Source of the DNA: a virus
IMG/VR virus record: IMGVR_UViG_3300025127_000012
DNA length: 64,000 bases
Direction: 5' to 3' (one strand)
The position numbers and the translations under genes were made by a program. The notes beneath the pieces are model-generated. The model had not been told where the DNA came from. It saw only the letters and a program-made list of their open reading frames with translations, and did not search any database. Positions 55,339 to 64,000 of the stretch are shown one piece after another. The number at the start of each line of letters is the position of its first letter. The stretch's first letter is position 1.

Positions 55339-55637
55339 TAGATTCCGTTCCAAAATGTATCTGAGGGTGTTTGCATATTACGAGATATAATATATAAACC
55401 TATGTTACATAGGAACCAGAAAGCATTTGTTATCCATGCTTGTCTCCAACAGTATTTACGGTTGGTCTGTACTATATAGAGATTCCTTTCATTTATTTCG
55501 TCAAAGGGTGATAATGGTTTTGCTCTAACAATCTGTTCTAGTATCAAAGATACCACGAACCCTATCGCAAAAACATAGAAGAGAAGGTTTAGAAACCCAG
55601 CACTAGCAAAAAGAAAAGTAATCATTTGTAATCCCAC
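55338..55637 (-). CDS. Hypothetical membrane protein
   Basis: Two hydrophobic segments. Confidence 0.7.
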   Translation of the reverse strand: MGLQMITFLFASAGFLNLLFYVFAIGFVVSLILEQIVRAKPLSPFDEINERNLYIVQTNRKYCWRQAWITNAFWFLCNIGLYIISRNMQTPSDTFWNGI

Positions 55638-57271
55638 ATGTAAGACATATCGCCATACTCATCAGTATGCCATACTTGACCCTCATTGTCAATGATGGTT
55701 TCCTCCTCTAATCCGTCACTAACAAATCCAAAAGGTGCCATGTCTGCTTCTATCTGATCTTTCTGCTCCTGATACATTCTCATTCTGACGTCATTGTCAT
55801 GTAGTTCACGGAAATAATCTGATGTTGCTAACCATGAGAACATAACCAGACACATAGCAAGGTCATCATTACAACCCTCTTCTGCTTCCCATGCCTGACC
55901 TCTCTGTATGAATGTAGTCAGTTCTGCAATGATGTCGTAGTCAGATATCAGTAACTTGTCATCTTCTATCAACTGTTTCATATTAGAACATCCTGTCTTC
56001 TTGACAGTTGTACTCATCTTGACTCCTAGTTGTACCTTAGTACCAGAGAACCCTTGTCCTACTACCTGTCCTGCACGTCCGCGCATAGATGCCATAAGGA
56101 TATTGTCATACTCCAAATCAAAGTGCAACATATCCGCAATCTGCCCACCAATATCATTTACCTCCACCAATACATACGCATGGTTATACGCACATGCAAC
56201 ATCATATATGGTATTAGGGAATAGCAGTGGTTTAATTGTGTTATTCCTATATTTTGCTACTACCTTATATGGTATTGTTGTCGTGTCTATGACACAGAAC
56301 GCACTATAATCTTTCGTCACACCCCTTGCTACGTCAACAGTTATACAATAATTCTTATCTTTTTCTGGTTTCTCATATACATCTAGTCCTTTATTCTTCT
56401 GTATAGGTTCATCATACACCATCATCCTTAACTTAGATGCGGAGATAAGAGTATCAACAGATCCCAGGAACTCACACTCAAACTCAACTCTAAACTGTTC
56501 CTCTGATGTGTTCGCTATGGTTTGCTCTTTCCATACTGCATCTCTACCTGGCACCTGTGACCAGTGTACCTCTGTGGTAACGTACTCGTTCTTCTTCCTC
56601 TCGGCATCATGCCAGAGTTTATAGAACATATTCATACCATGTGGTGTAGATATGATAATAACTTTTGTTGATTTACCAGAAGATATAGTAGGATACACAG
56701 AACTGAAAAACTGGTCAGCAATGTGATTCGGAATGAACGCGAATTCGTCCAGAAATATAATATTAAATGACATACCCCTGACAGCAGAAGCGGAAGTAGA
56801 AGCAGCCATGATTTTACTGCCGTTTTCAAGTTCCAGAGAACCTCTGTTCCACTGGTTGATTCCTTGTTGCATCCATTTTGGGAGGTTTTCATAACTTAAT
56901 TGTAGACGTTGTAGCATTTCCCTAGCAGTCGCTGCCTTGTTAGCAAGGATTGCTACGTTCACATTATCATTAAAGATTACATACCATAACAGATATGATG
57001 TAACAACAGTAGACTTACCAGACTGTCTAGGTAACTTAGCAATATTGAATCTATTATCATTAAACTTGTTTACCATGTCTTCTTGGAAGTCATACAAGTC
57101 AAATGGTATAAGACCTTTATCTAGTGAGACGATTCTAATATACTTCTTAATAAAATACACAGGGTCCTGAGAACATTTGACGAACTCTTTCACCTGTGAC
57201 GGAGTAAAACTCTGTGCAACGTTTGCTTTTTTTAAATTAGGGTTACCTAGATACTGATGTTCAGTCGCCAT
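55622..57271 (-). CDS. gp17: Terminase large subunit
   Basis: YLGNPNLK, PRQSGKST, FLDEFAF, DVARG, NDDL.M. Confidence 0.98.
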   Translation of the reverse strand: MATEHQYLGNPNLKKANVAQSFTPSQVKEFVKCSQDPVYFIKKYIRIVSLDKGLIPFDLYDFQEDMVNKFNDNRFNIAKLPRQSGKSTVVTSYLLWYVIFNDNVNVAILANKAATAREMLQRLQLSYENLPKWMQQGINQWNRGSLELENGSKIMAASTSASAVRGMSFNIIFLDEFAFIPNHIADQFFSSVYPTISSGKSTKVIIISTPHGMNMFYKLWHDAERKKNEYVTTEVHWSQVPGRDAVWKEQTIANTSEEQFRVEFECEFLGSVDTLISASKLRMMVYDEPIQKNKGLDVYEKPEKDKNYCITVDVARGVTKDYSAFCVIDTTTIPYKVVAKYRNNTIKPLLFPNTIYDVACAYNHAYVLVEVNDIGGQIADMLHFDLEYDNILMASMRGRAGQVVGQGFSGTKVQLGVKMSTTVKKTGCSNMKQLIEDDKLLISDYDIIAELTTFIQRGQAWEAEEGCNDDLAMCLVMFSWLATSDYFRELHDNDVRMRMYQEQKDQIEADMAPFGFVSDGLEEETIIDNEGQVWHTDEYGDMSYMWDYK

Positions 57272-57998
57272 TCATCCACCATTGCCAATTTCTATTAGGT
57301 ACATCAAATAGAGTATTGTTGATGTAATCATCTGCCCACTCAGGATCGAACCATTGTCCAAGGACTGCCTTGGTTTTCTTGTTCTGCCTTTGTTGCTTAC
57401 AATACCAGATTTGATCATCCATTCTCTTCATAGTATTTATCCAGTTCTTATCTCTCTCAGCACCATATACATGCTCAATGTAGATGTCTAAGTATCTACT
57501 AACTAACTCGACAAACATATTCTTCTCTTTGTTGTCTCGTATACGCATGAACTGTACATAGTCTGAAAATATATCTGCCCACTCTGGTAACTGTCTTCTT
57601 TCTTTAAACTTATATTGACTAGCGATTATATCTAAACCATAGTATATACTACTTGCATTATGTACAGGAGAGATATCACATATCGCAGCAGTAACTATCT
57701 TCGGTGTTGCAACTATATCAGCACCAAATATAGGTAAGGGGTATTCTGGATTAGGAAAGAACACACAGTGCATGACCTCAATGTTCTTTGTATATCCAGT
57801 TTCTAAATGTACTTTCCTTAGACCCTTACACCTATTCATTTCATTAATAATAAACACATCCTCATTTTCTACAATGGGATGTGGATTATCTAATGGTTTA
57901 AGTGCGGGTAAAGTTAATATTTTATGTCTAATTAATGAAGAGACTTCATGAACTAGATTCCCTGTCAATGTAGTTTTTGATGACTTCGAGTTGGTCAT
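57261..57998 (-). CDS. pcyA: Phycocyanobilin:ferredoxin oxidoreductase
   Basis: GLRKVHLE, MHCVFFP, PIFGADIV, AAICDISP, LPEWADIFS, QQRQNKKT (PcyA-type Glu/His/Asp); start uncertain. Confidence 0.88.
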   Translation of the reverse strand: MTNSKSSKTTLTGNLVHEVSSLIRHKILTLPALKPLDNPHPIVENEDVFIINEMNRCKGLRKVHLETGYTKNIEVMHCVFFPNPEYPLPIFGADIVATPKIVTAAICDISPVHNASSIYYGLDIIASQYKFKERRQLPEWADIFSDYVQFMRIRDNKEKNMFVELVSRYLDIYIEHVYGAERDKNWINTMKRMDDQIWYCKQQRQNKKTKAVLGQWFDPEWADDYINNTLFDVPNRNWQWWMNGD

Positions 57999-58173
57999 GG
58001 TATTTTGCCACCTGATCTAGTTCAACTTGAATTGCCTCCATGACATCAGAGTGTTCTCCAATGCCAGCAGGGTTCTCCAAATATATTTCAATGTTTGCTA
58101 GGTGTTTTTTAATGTCACCCATAGCATGCGCTTTAAGAGCGTTAAGAATTGTTTTTCTCATAGATGGTATCAT
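57946..58173 (-). CDS. Conserved hypothetical protein
   Basis: NIEIYLENPAGIGEHSD. Confidence 0.75.
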   Translation of the reverse strand: MIPSMRKTILNALKAHAMGDIKKHLANIEIYLENPAGIGEHSDVMEAIQVELDQVAKYHDQLEVIKNYIDRESSS

Positions 58174-58631
58174 TCTATTAACGTTCCTTGACTTCTACGA
58201 ATCTCTTTAAGAGACTCAAAGTCTTTACGTTTGGTACCACCATCATAGCACCATGCGTACCCTTCGTCAATCATCTGTTCATTCAGCGACTTTTCCTCGT
58301 CACCCACATATAACCAACCAAGGAGACGACCATACTTACCAACCCCGCCTTTAAGTTCAGTTCGTATAGTAAGTTCATGTTCTCCATTAATCGTGTCCTC
58401 CAATGTTCCTTTCATCCAGTTAGTTGCATCTATACCTAGTTTCTTTTCTTCAAGGTCTCTCGTTCTTTTCTCAGGAGTATCGATACCCGCTATTCTTACA
58501 CGTTCGTGTTTGTAAATATCAAATCCTAAGTCTATTACTACATCAATGGTATCACCATCAACTACCTTTACTATCTCCGTCACTCGGAAGTTGTAACAAC
58601 TCTTCCTGCTTGGTGGTGTCATTGCTCCCAT
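58170..58631 (-). CDS. Thermonuclease (SNase-like)
   Basis: VVDGDTI, RVRIAGIDTPE, GKYGRLL, LNEQMI.EGYA. Confidence 0.92.
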   Translation of the reverse strand: MGAMTPPSRKSCYNFRVTEIVKVVDGDTIDVVIDLGFDIYKHERVRIAGIDTPEKRTRDLEEKKLGIDATNWMKGTLEDTINGEHELTIRTELKGGVGKYGRLLGWLYVGDEEKSLNEQMIDEGYAWCYDGGTKRKDFESLKEIRRSQGTLIE

Positions 58632-58734
58632 CGTTCATTTCCTCATAGGCATACTTCATTATATAGGCGATAAGAATCGTCACACTTATTACAAGTATGA
58701 GAACCATAATGTTAACTGAATGAACTACAACCAT
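58558..58734 (-). CDS. Single-TM small protein (58 aa, MVVVHSVNIMVLILVISV...)
   Basis: Read by hand; TAATG coupling to PTOX. Confidence 0.55.
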   Translation of the reverse strand: MVVVHSVNIMVLILVISVTILIAYIMKYAYEEMNDGSNDTTKQEELLQLPSDGDSKGS

Positions 58735-59234
58735 TAGATCATAGACATTGCGTGGTGTAATTCGTGTGCGTGTTTTAGTTCGTCTTCTGCTATCTCTGCT
58801 ATCTTCTGATCTTCTGGATGATATGCCAAATATTTTATATACGTCTCGAATGCATGCTTCTCTATCTTCATATTAATATCATAAGCAGCAAGAGGATTAA
58901 TAAGATAGTACCCAACCATGATCCAATAATATACAAGAACAAGGTGCTTTGCAAAAAACCTGTCAATCCAGTGTTCATCACCACCGCGCTTTTCCATTTC
59001 TTCAAGATGCTCTGTCTCATTTAGTGCCTGATAAAAGTGTTCCTTCATTAAGTATATGTGTTCTGGTCCTCTAAGTCCTAACGACTCACGGAAGTGTAGA
59101 ACAGATATAAAAGAGAAGTAGGGTGCTCTCGCAATAACTTCTAATACCCAGAATCTTTGGAAGTCTCTACCTCTGTAAAGAAAATCCAAGATGTAGATTG
59201 TGGTGTCTAGTACCCAAGTGTTAAATTGTTTCAT
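58734..59234 (-). CDS. ptox: Plastoquinol terminal oxidase
   Basis: RFWVLEVIARAPYF, NETEHL, EKHAFETY, DELKH di-iron motifs. Confidence 0.95.
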   Translation of the reverse strand: MKQFNTWVLDTTIYILDFLYRGRDFQRFWVLEVIARAPYFSFISVLHFRESLGLRGPEHIYLMKEHFYQALNETEHLEEMEKRGGDEHWIDRFFAKHLVLVYYWIMVGYYLINPLAAYDINMKIEKHAFETYIKYLAYHPEDQKIAEIAEDELKHAHELHHAMSMI

Positions 59235-59317
59235 ACCCAAGCATAACGTGAAAATAAAAGAGCAAGACTAACTGTTCCAAACAAAATACATGATGACCTG
59301 ATTGGTAAATCTTTCAT
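59231..59317 (-). CDS. Single-TM microprotein (28 aa, MKDLPIRSSCILFGTVSLALLFSRYAWV)
   Basis: Read by hand; ATGA overlap with the PTOX start. Confidence 0.55.
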   Translation of the reverse strand: MKDLPIRSSCILFGTVSLALLFSRYAWV

Positions 59318-59358
59318 TTAACTTTATTAAACTACCTATATTATATAGGTAATTTTAC

Positions 59359-59724
59359 TTATCCGTGGTTCTGTAACTTCTCTAATTGTGTTGATGCCGA
59401 CATACTAGGTACGTCATATAAACCATTTGCATCAAACCATGGTGCGGTTTCCCAGTCAAACCCTTCTCCAAATGTATTATCTGCCTGCTGTACATACCAA
59501 TGACATTTTGCATCAGGTATATCTACTGCACAAACTGCCCAGTCATCTGTCCATTGTGGAACCTGTACATACAATACTGGTACATCAGCATATGCAATCT
59601 GTGTCATACCTAACATAAAGGCAAGTACGACTGACCATGTAAAAATTCTAGGGATGTGTCTAACCGACGGAGGGTGACCTTTTCCTCGGTACACCTCCAT
59701 CACATCGTGATAAGAGTAATTCAT
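59359..59724 (-). CDS. Hypothetical membrane-anchored/secreted protein
   Basis: TM segment then a Trp/Cys-rich domain (WTDDWAVC..CHWY..FDWETAPWF). Confidence 0.7.
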   Translation of the reverse strand: MNYSYHDVMEVYRGKGHPPSVRHIPRIFTWSVVLAFMLGMTQIAYADVPVLYVQVPQWTDDWAVCAVDIPDAKCHWYVQQADNTFGEGFDWETAPWFDANGLYDVPSMSASTQLEKLQNHG

Positions 59725-59725
59725 A

Positions 59726-60091
59726 TTAGCAGTTCCACGCTCGTAGTGATTTATTTATACGAGAGTCAGGGTCACGAGCAGTTTTTGCTGATGTAAGTTT
59801 TCGTTTCATGCCTTTCATTCTAGCACAAAAACTTGCTCTACGCTTATTACCTTTCTTCTTGCTTGGTGCTTTTAAGTCAGAACCAGGATTCTCACGTTCG
59901 TAAGACTTTCTCCCTTTCTCATTTAAACCACCTTCTTTATTCTGTCCTTCCTTCTTTGTCCATGCTGCTTCCTTCATCATCTTCTTTTCCTCACAAGTTT
60001 TCTCAACACACATCTGACACTTCGGGCAATACTTTTTACCGTCAGGGCAGTTAGATGCTTCTTGTAGATACTCGTTGAAGGTTAAGATCAT
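59726..60091 (-). CDS. Basic virion-associated protein (DUF6321-like) with capsid-targeting-like N-terminus
   Basis: MILTFNEYLQEA; AAWTKKEG..GGLN..RRASFCARM..LRAWNC. Confidence 0.75.
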   Translation of the reverse strand: MILTFNEYLQEASNCPDGKKYCPKCQMCVEKTCEEKKMMKEAAWTKKEGQNKEGGLNEKGRKSYERENPGSDLKAPSKKKGNKRRASFCARMKGMKRKLTSAKTARDPDSRINKSLRAWNC

Positions 60092-60213
60092 GATCTCTTA
60101 GCACAATTCAGTTCGTGTTTTTCCATCCAAGTTCTTGGACGTGCGTGACCTAACGGTGCAGTTAGTCCACAGTATTGGCATTCATAAACGCCATTGTCAT
60201 TTCTTTTTGCCAT
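60088..60213 (-). CDS. Small Zn-finger protein (41 aa, C2HC)
   Basis: Read by hand: MAKRNDNGVYECQYCG...HELNC. Confidence 0.65.
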   Translation of the reverse strand: MAKRNDNGVYECQYCGLTAPLGHARPRTWMEKHELNCAKRS

Positions 60214-62251
60214 AGTGATAAGTTGAGTTAGGTTTAGTTTTCTTAGGTAGTTTACCGCCCCTTACTTTGGTTGCGGATGTTTCACCTTCACCAGAGGGGT
60301 TCTTACCTTTCTTTACTTCTTTGCCGAGGTTGTATGACTTGCCAGGTTTCTTAGATTCAGTGTCATGTAATCTAGCGGGTTTCCCTGCCTTCTTAGTAAT
60401 CACTGATTCCTGTCCATGCTTACGTCCTAAACGACGTGTAAGTTTTCCAAACTTACGCTTAGACATTCCCTTGCCAGGACTTGTTTGGTAGGATACTTCT
60501 CTACCAGTAGATCCATCATCATACTTGTAACTACCGACTGATTTTTTATAACCAATCCCTTTCTTTTTAAGATCCTTTTCGAGACTCTTACGACTCTCTC
60601 GGTTCTTTTTTTCGTCTGTACCTCTGTCTGCTGCAATACTACCAGTAGTCTGGTTCTTTGCTTTTGACATCATACGAGCACGATCATTTCCTTCTTTAAG
60701 GAAATCAGAGAATGACATTACATCCTCTTTCTGCAACTTTTTCTTTTGCCATGAGTCAAGTGCTTGGTCAGGACGTTTGCCCTTTGCCATTTCACTCTTC
60801 TTATGTGCTTGGAACTTAGCAGCAGAATCTGCTTTCGCTTTCTTATCAGCAGCATTTTTTGCTGCTTGTTTCGCGACGTTCGCTTTTGCCTTATCCTGTA
60901 CTGCTTGCAGTTTGGGATTAAGTGCCTCACCCATTATAGCATCCTTTCCGTATTTTTGTCTAATGTTCGCTTTTACCTTGTCTAATGCATTGCCAGGACG
61001 CTTCCATGTGTTGCCTTGACCAGGTGTAGCAACGCTTTTCTTTGCTAATGGTTTGATTTTACCATCGTCTCTTAGACGATCATATCCTTCTTCTTTTACA
61101 ACCTTCTTATATTTTGATAGGGTTTTCACACCACGCTTCTCTTTGTGTGCTTTGTGTCTCTTATCCATTGACACAAGTCTCTCAGCAGGATCAGCAGCAT
61201 TACCACCCTCACCTGTGTGTCTTACGTTTCTAATAGATGCCTTACCATAGTTAGAACGACCACGCTCCTGACTTAATCTCTGGTTGTCACTATCCTTTTG
61301 TCTTTCATCTAATACTTCTACTTCTTCCTTTGTTATCTTATCAGTTGCTTTTAATATACCAGAATGTCTTTTTGTTACCTTATCTTTGTCACCTTTTACA
61401 GCACCTATTGCCATGTCTGTGGATGCTTTCTTAACGTAAGAACCCATTGTCTTCTTACTTAACTCATCTAACTGATCTAATGCTTTACTTGACCAATATA
61501 CTTCTGTGTCTTCTGATCTGTTTAAACTCTTACGATTAGAATGATGACTTGGATCATCAAATGCAGGGTTACCTGTCTTTCTTGCAACTGGTTTCTTCTT
61601 TGTATCTGGTTTTGCTTTCTTTACAAATCCTGCAAACTGCATCTTAGGTTTACCATCACCTTTGTAGAGACCGTATGATGTACCTTCATGTGTAAATTTC
61701 ATACCCTTAGTTGCTTTGTCTTTAAGTGCTTCACGTTTTTTAGGATCCATGTTCTTTTCGTAATCTGCTAATTTAGCAGCAAACTTTTTGTTATCCATTT
61801 TCTTGATAACTTTTCTGTCTGCTTTGTTAGGTCCTGTATATGAGGTGCTCCCAGTAACAGCACCACCGCCTGCTGCTGTACCTATTGCTGCCTCTTCGAC
61901 ACCTTGCATTTTACCTCTCCTGTTAGTTTGAGCGACACCTTGTGGTAGACCTGTATTACCTGTGCCGATTTTGTCGTTCTTCTTACGAAGTCTTTTTAGT
62001 TTAGCAAAGGTGTTCATAAACTCTGCTGATGATCTAAAATCAGAATTACCTACATGCTCTACTGATTCTTTTTTCACTTTCTTTTCTGGTAATCCTTTAT
62101 GTTTAGTTGATGCAAACTTCTTTGCATCTTTCATTTTTATGCTGGAAGCAACTCTGGCAACCTCAGATGAGGGAGCTTGCGTCGAATTCCCTTTTTGAAA
62201 CGCTCTAACCATCCCGAAGAACCTTTGTTGTTTCTTTGAGACTGCGGGCAT
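60197..62251 (-). CDS. Large Lys-rich modular protein (putative internal virion polyprotein)
   Basis: MPAVSKKQQRFFGMV..STKHKGLP N-module; repeated [LVM]xE junctions; internal MSFSDFLKE. Confidence 0.8.
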   Translation of the reverse strand: MPAVSKKQQRFFGMVRAFQKGNSTQAPSSEVARVASSIKMKDAKKFASTKHKGLPEKKVKKESVEHVGNSDFRSSAEFMNTFAKLKRLRKKNDKIGTGNTGLPQGVAQTNRRGKMQGVEEAAIGTAAGGGAVTGSTSYTGPNKADRKVIKKMDNKKFAAKLADYEKNMDPKKREALKDKATKGMKFTHEGTSYGLYKGDGKPKMQFAGFVKKAKPDTKKKPVARKTGNPAFDDPSHHSNRKSLNRSEDTEVYWSSKALDQLDELSKKTMGSYVKKASTDMAIGAVKGDKDKVTKRHSGILKATDKITKEEVEVLDERQKDSDNQRLSQERGRSNYGKASIRNVRHTGEGGNAADPAERLVSMDKRHKAHKEKRGVKTLSKYKKVVKEEGYDRLRDDGKIKPLAKKSVATPGQGNTWKRPGNALDKVKANIRQKYGKDAIMGEALNPKLQAVQDKAKANVAKQAAKNAADKKAKADSAAKFQAHKKSEMAKGKRPDQALDSWQKKKLQKEDVMSFSDFLKEGNDRARMMSKAKNQTTGSIAADRGTDEKKNRESRKSLEKDLKKKGIGYKKSVGSYKYDDGSTGREVSYQTSPGKGMSKRKFGKLTRRLGRKHGQESVITKKAGKPARLHDTESKKPGKSYNLGKEVKKGKNPSGEGETSATKVRGGKLPKKTKPNSTYHYGKKK

Positions 62252-62791
62252 TTATCCTCCGACAATTTGAACTTGCTCGACAACAACTGCGTTAGAACCA
62301 GCGACAAGTTTTGCAACTCGTTGTATGACTGGCACAGTTCCTGCTGTTGCATCTGCTGCACTAAGAGTGTATGCAGATCCTGCTCCTGATGCGTCATAGT
62401 CTGTTGTAATAGTAGAACCAGTGACTGCGGTAACTTTCTTTCCAGATGCTGCTGCGGATTCAAAGTCAGATGTAAATCCATCTGTGTCTCCACCATCAAT
62501 AGTCTGGACAAAATCACCAACACTGAATGTATGGCGACCACCACCTGAGAAACCTTCTGCTGTTACTACCATAGTAGCAGCGTTGGTTGCAGCAGCGATC
62601 TTTGCGGTTTTAACTTTACCACAGGAAACTAACAATGCTTCTCCTGCTGCCAAAGTTATAGCGGGACCACCGTCTATCGCTAACGTTGACGCGGATGCTG
62701 CATAGCATCTAAGCACACCACTTTTTACCACGATATAGCTTGTGCCACTTCCTGATACTGTTTGGGTGTCAATTACATTTAATACTGACAT
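62252..62791 (-). CDS. Virion structural protein (beta-rich)
   Basis: Ala/Thr/Gly-rich; late box ATAAATA at 62816-62822; GGAG RBS. Confidence 0.7.
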   Translation of the reverse strand: MSVLNVIDTQTVSGSGTSYIVVKSGVLRCYAASASTLAIDGGPAITLAAGEALLVSCGKVKTAKIAAATNAATMVVTAEGFSGGGRHTFSVGDFVQTIDGGDTDGFTSDFESAAASGKKVTAVTGSTITTDYDASGAGSAYTLSAADATAGTVPVIQRVAKLVAGSNAVVVEQVQIVGG

Positions 62792-62814
62792 TGGGTAAAA
62801 ATTCTCCTACTATG

Positions 62815-63264
62815 TTATTTATCCTTTTCTTGCTTTAAGAATTTTGCAAGATCAGCAGTGCTACCAACGAACATGGTATTGTTAGTGACTTCTGTTTGTT
62901 TTCCTTTGCCTGGATTTTCTATTTCATTGACCTTCTTTTGTAGATCAACTAACTTGTCTGCCACGTCACCAACATGCTTTATGAGTTGTCCTGCAACTTC
63001 ATATGCTCTTGGTTGATCAGACTCCTGTGCAAGTTCTAAAATACCATCTACTGCTTCTTGTCCTTTATCAATTAGTGTGTACAAGTTGCCTCTGGTATAC
63101 TCATAATCTTTTTTAAGTTGTTGTTTATCTGATATATCTGCACTAGGTTCCACCTTCTTAATAGAAGTGTCTGTCTGCATAATTTCAGTCTTGACATCGA
63201 GGGCATCCTCGATACCAGCAAACTTACTCGTCTGCTCCTGTGGTTGGGTTTCTTGATTTTCCAT
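62815..63264 (-). CDS. gp16: Terminase small subunit
   Basis: DYEYTRGNLY, PRAYEVAGQL, NNTMFVGSTADL. Confidence 0.93.
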   Translation of the reverse strand: MENQETQPQEQTSKFAGIEDALDVKTEIMQTDTSIKKVEPSADISDKQQLKKDYEYTRGNLYTLIDKGQEAVDGILELAQESDQPRAYEVAGQLIKHVGDVADKLVDLQKKVNEIENPGKGKQTEVTNNTMFVGSTADLAKFLKQEKDK

Positions 63265-64000
63265 CAGTAAACTCACTATAAAGTTCGTTGAATCCAAAGT
63301 CATCATCAGAGTCTAACAATGCATGATCTGCACTTGTTATGATGAATACATTTGAACTCGCTACATGTGCTGCTATGGTTGAATTATTAAACGCACGAGC
63401 AACATATAATTTGTTGTCAACAATTTTTGTGACACGCATTACCTCACTATCTATCTGAATGTCATCTTTCAATGATATTCCAGATGCGTCTGTTACATTT
63501 ATAATGCCATCATTATCATCTATATCTGCTGATACAGTTGTGACTGCATTGTTATCTCTTTCAACAAGAGATCTAGGTGTAGCAACATAACGTACCTCTC
63601 TTGGTGCAGTTCTAACTGCCTCAGTAGAGTAGTCGATAATAGTTTTCTTAATAAGTTCACCAGACTTATCAACTACTGGACCGTACATGTATGTCTTAGC
63701 AATAAATTGCAATGTATATATTAACGTTCTTCTGGTATCGTAGTCTCCTTCGTACTCGTCTCCGTAATCAATACTTGTTAGCGTTACAGGATAATCTTTT
63801 GTCTCTCCTAATTCTGGTACAAGATTCATTGTAATATTGAAACTTGGTTGGAAGAATGGAAGTATCTGTTCTAGTATTTGTAGAGCATCATCTTGGTTCT
63901 TACTTAATATTGCTAACTCAAAATTAATATTGTAAGGAACAGGCATGAATCCTTTGTTCTCTTTACTACCTGTTGAATGTCTAATGTATTGTGTTGGTGA
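63224..64000 (-). CDS. gp15: Tail sheath stabiliser/terminator (5' partial)
   Basis: PVPYNI.FEL, LQILEQILPFFQP, DEYEGD..RR.LIYTL; frame open to the window end. Confidence 0.93.
   Translation of the reverse strand, partial: SPTQYIRHSTGSKENKGFMPVPYNINFELAILSKNQDDALQILEQILPFFQPSFNITMNLVPELGETKDYPVTLTSIDYGDEYEGDYDTRRTLIYTLQFIAKTYMYGPVVDKSGELIKKTIIDYSTEAVRTAPREVRYVATPRSLVERDNNAVTTVSADIDDNDGIINVTDASGISLKDDIQIDSEVMRVTKIVDNKLYVARAFNNSTIAAHVASSNVFIITSADHALLDSDDDFGFNELYSEFTDGKSRNPTTGADE

Noticed and set aside
3125-57271. Introns, inteins or homing endonucleases in nrdA/B, gp43, gp41, gp17, gp20
   Set aside because: All are uninterrupted and of normal length; 54995-55225 has only a Zn finger with no HNH catalytic part
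57261-57998. Bilin reductase as pebS
   Set aside because: The motifs (RKVHLE, AAICDISP, QQRQNKKT) fit PcyA better
59331-59352. Inverted repeat ACCTATAT-T-ATATAGGT upstream of the PTOX unit
   Set aside because: AT-rich, single occurrence and no clear T-tract; function cannot be supported
826-62705. Numerous + strand ORFs of 60-170 aa in the ORF track (e.g. 1514-2026, 18101-18598, 53263-53718)
   Set aside because: They are antisense shadows of well-supported - strand genes, with no RBS, promoter or motifs; only the 22610-24384 operon is accepted on +
1-64000. tRNA or rRNA genes
   Set aside because: No cloverleaf or T-arm (GTTCGA/GTTCAA in tRNA context) was seen in the few intergenic gaps

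Overview
This 64 kb window is AT-rich DNA from the core of a T4-like marine cyanomyovirus, most consistent with a picocyanobacterial host such as Prochlorococcus. Almost all genes are on the - strand. Reading from the window end towards the start: gp15 (partial) and gp16; an accessory island (Lys-rich virion proteins, PTOX, thermonuclease, pcyA); gp17-gp23; gp3, uvsY, uvsW, gp55, gp47/46; a psbN-like gene; vWA/peptidase plus cobS; gp45/44/62, dam, regA; a carbamoyltransferase; two convergent late operons of secreted/membrane proteins; hsp20; gp43, uvsX, gp41, mazG; a ligase-like/cytidylyltransferase/internal-protein cluster; gp61, nrdA/B; a glutamine-riboswitch/DUF4278 locus; talC and 2OG-Fe(II) oxygenases. 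I saw no tRNA, rRNA, CRISPR array, intron or IS element. Three signals stand out. (1) At 2447-2910 a tandem, interlocked glutamine-riboswitch-like RNA carries a complete ~200-nt ORF inside each P2 loop; the two ORFs encode paralogous secreted two-Cys peptides, and DUF4278 micro-genes follow. (2) A small protein at 7965-8357 has an N-terminus 24/28 identical to the predicted mature N-arm of the major capsid protein. (3) A seven-gene late cluster of signal-peptide/membrane proteins lies at 22.6-26.0 kb. All family assignments come from reading motifs by eye, not from database searches.
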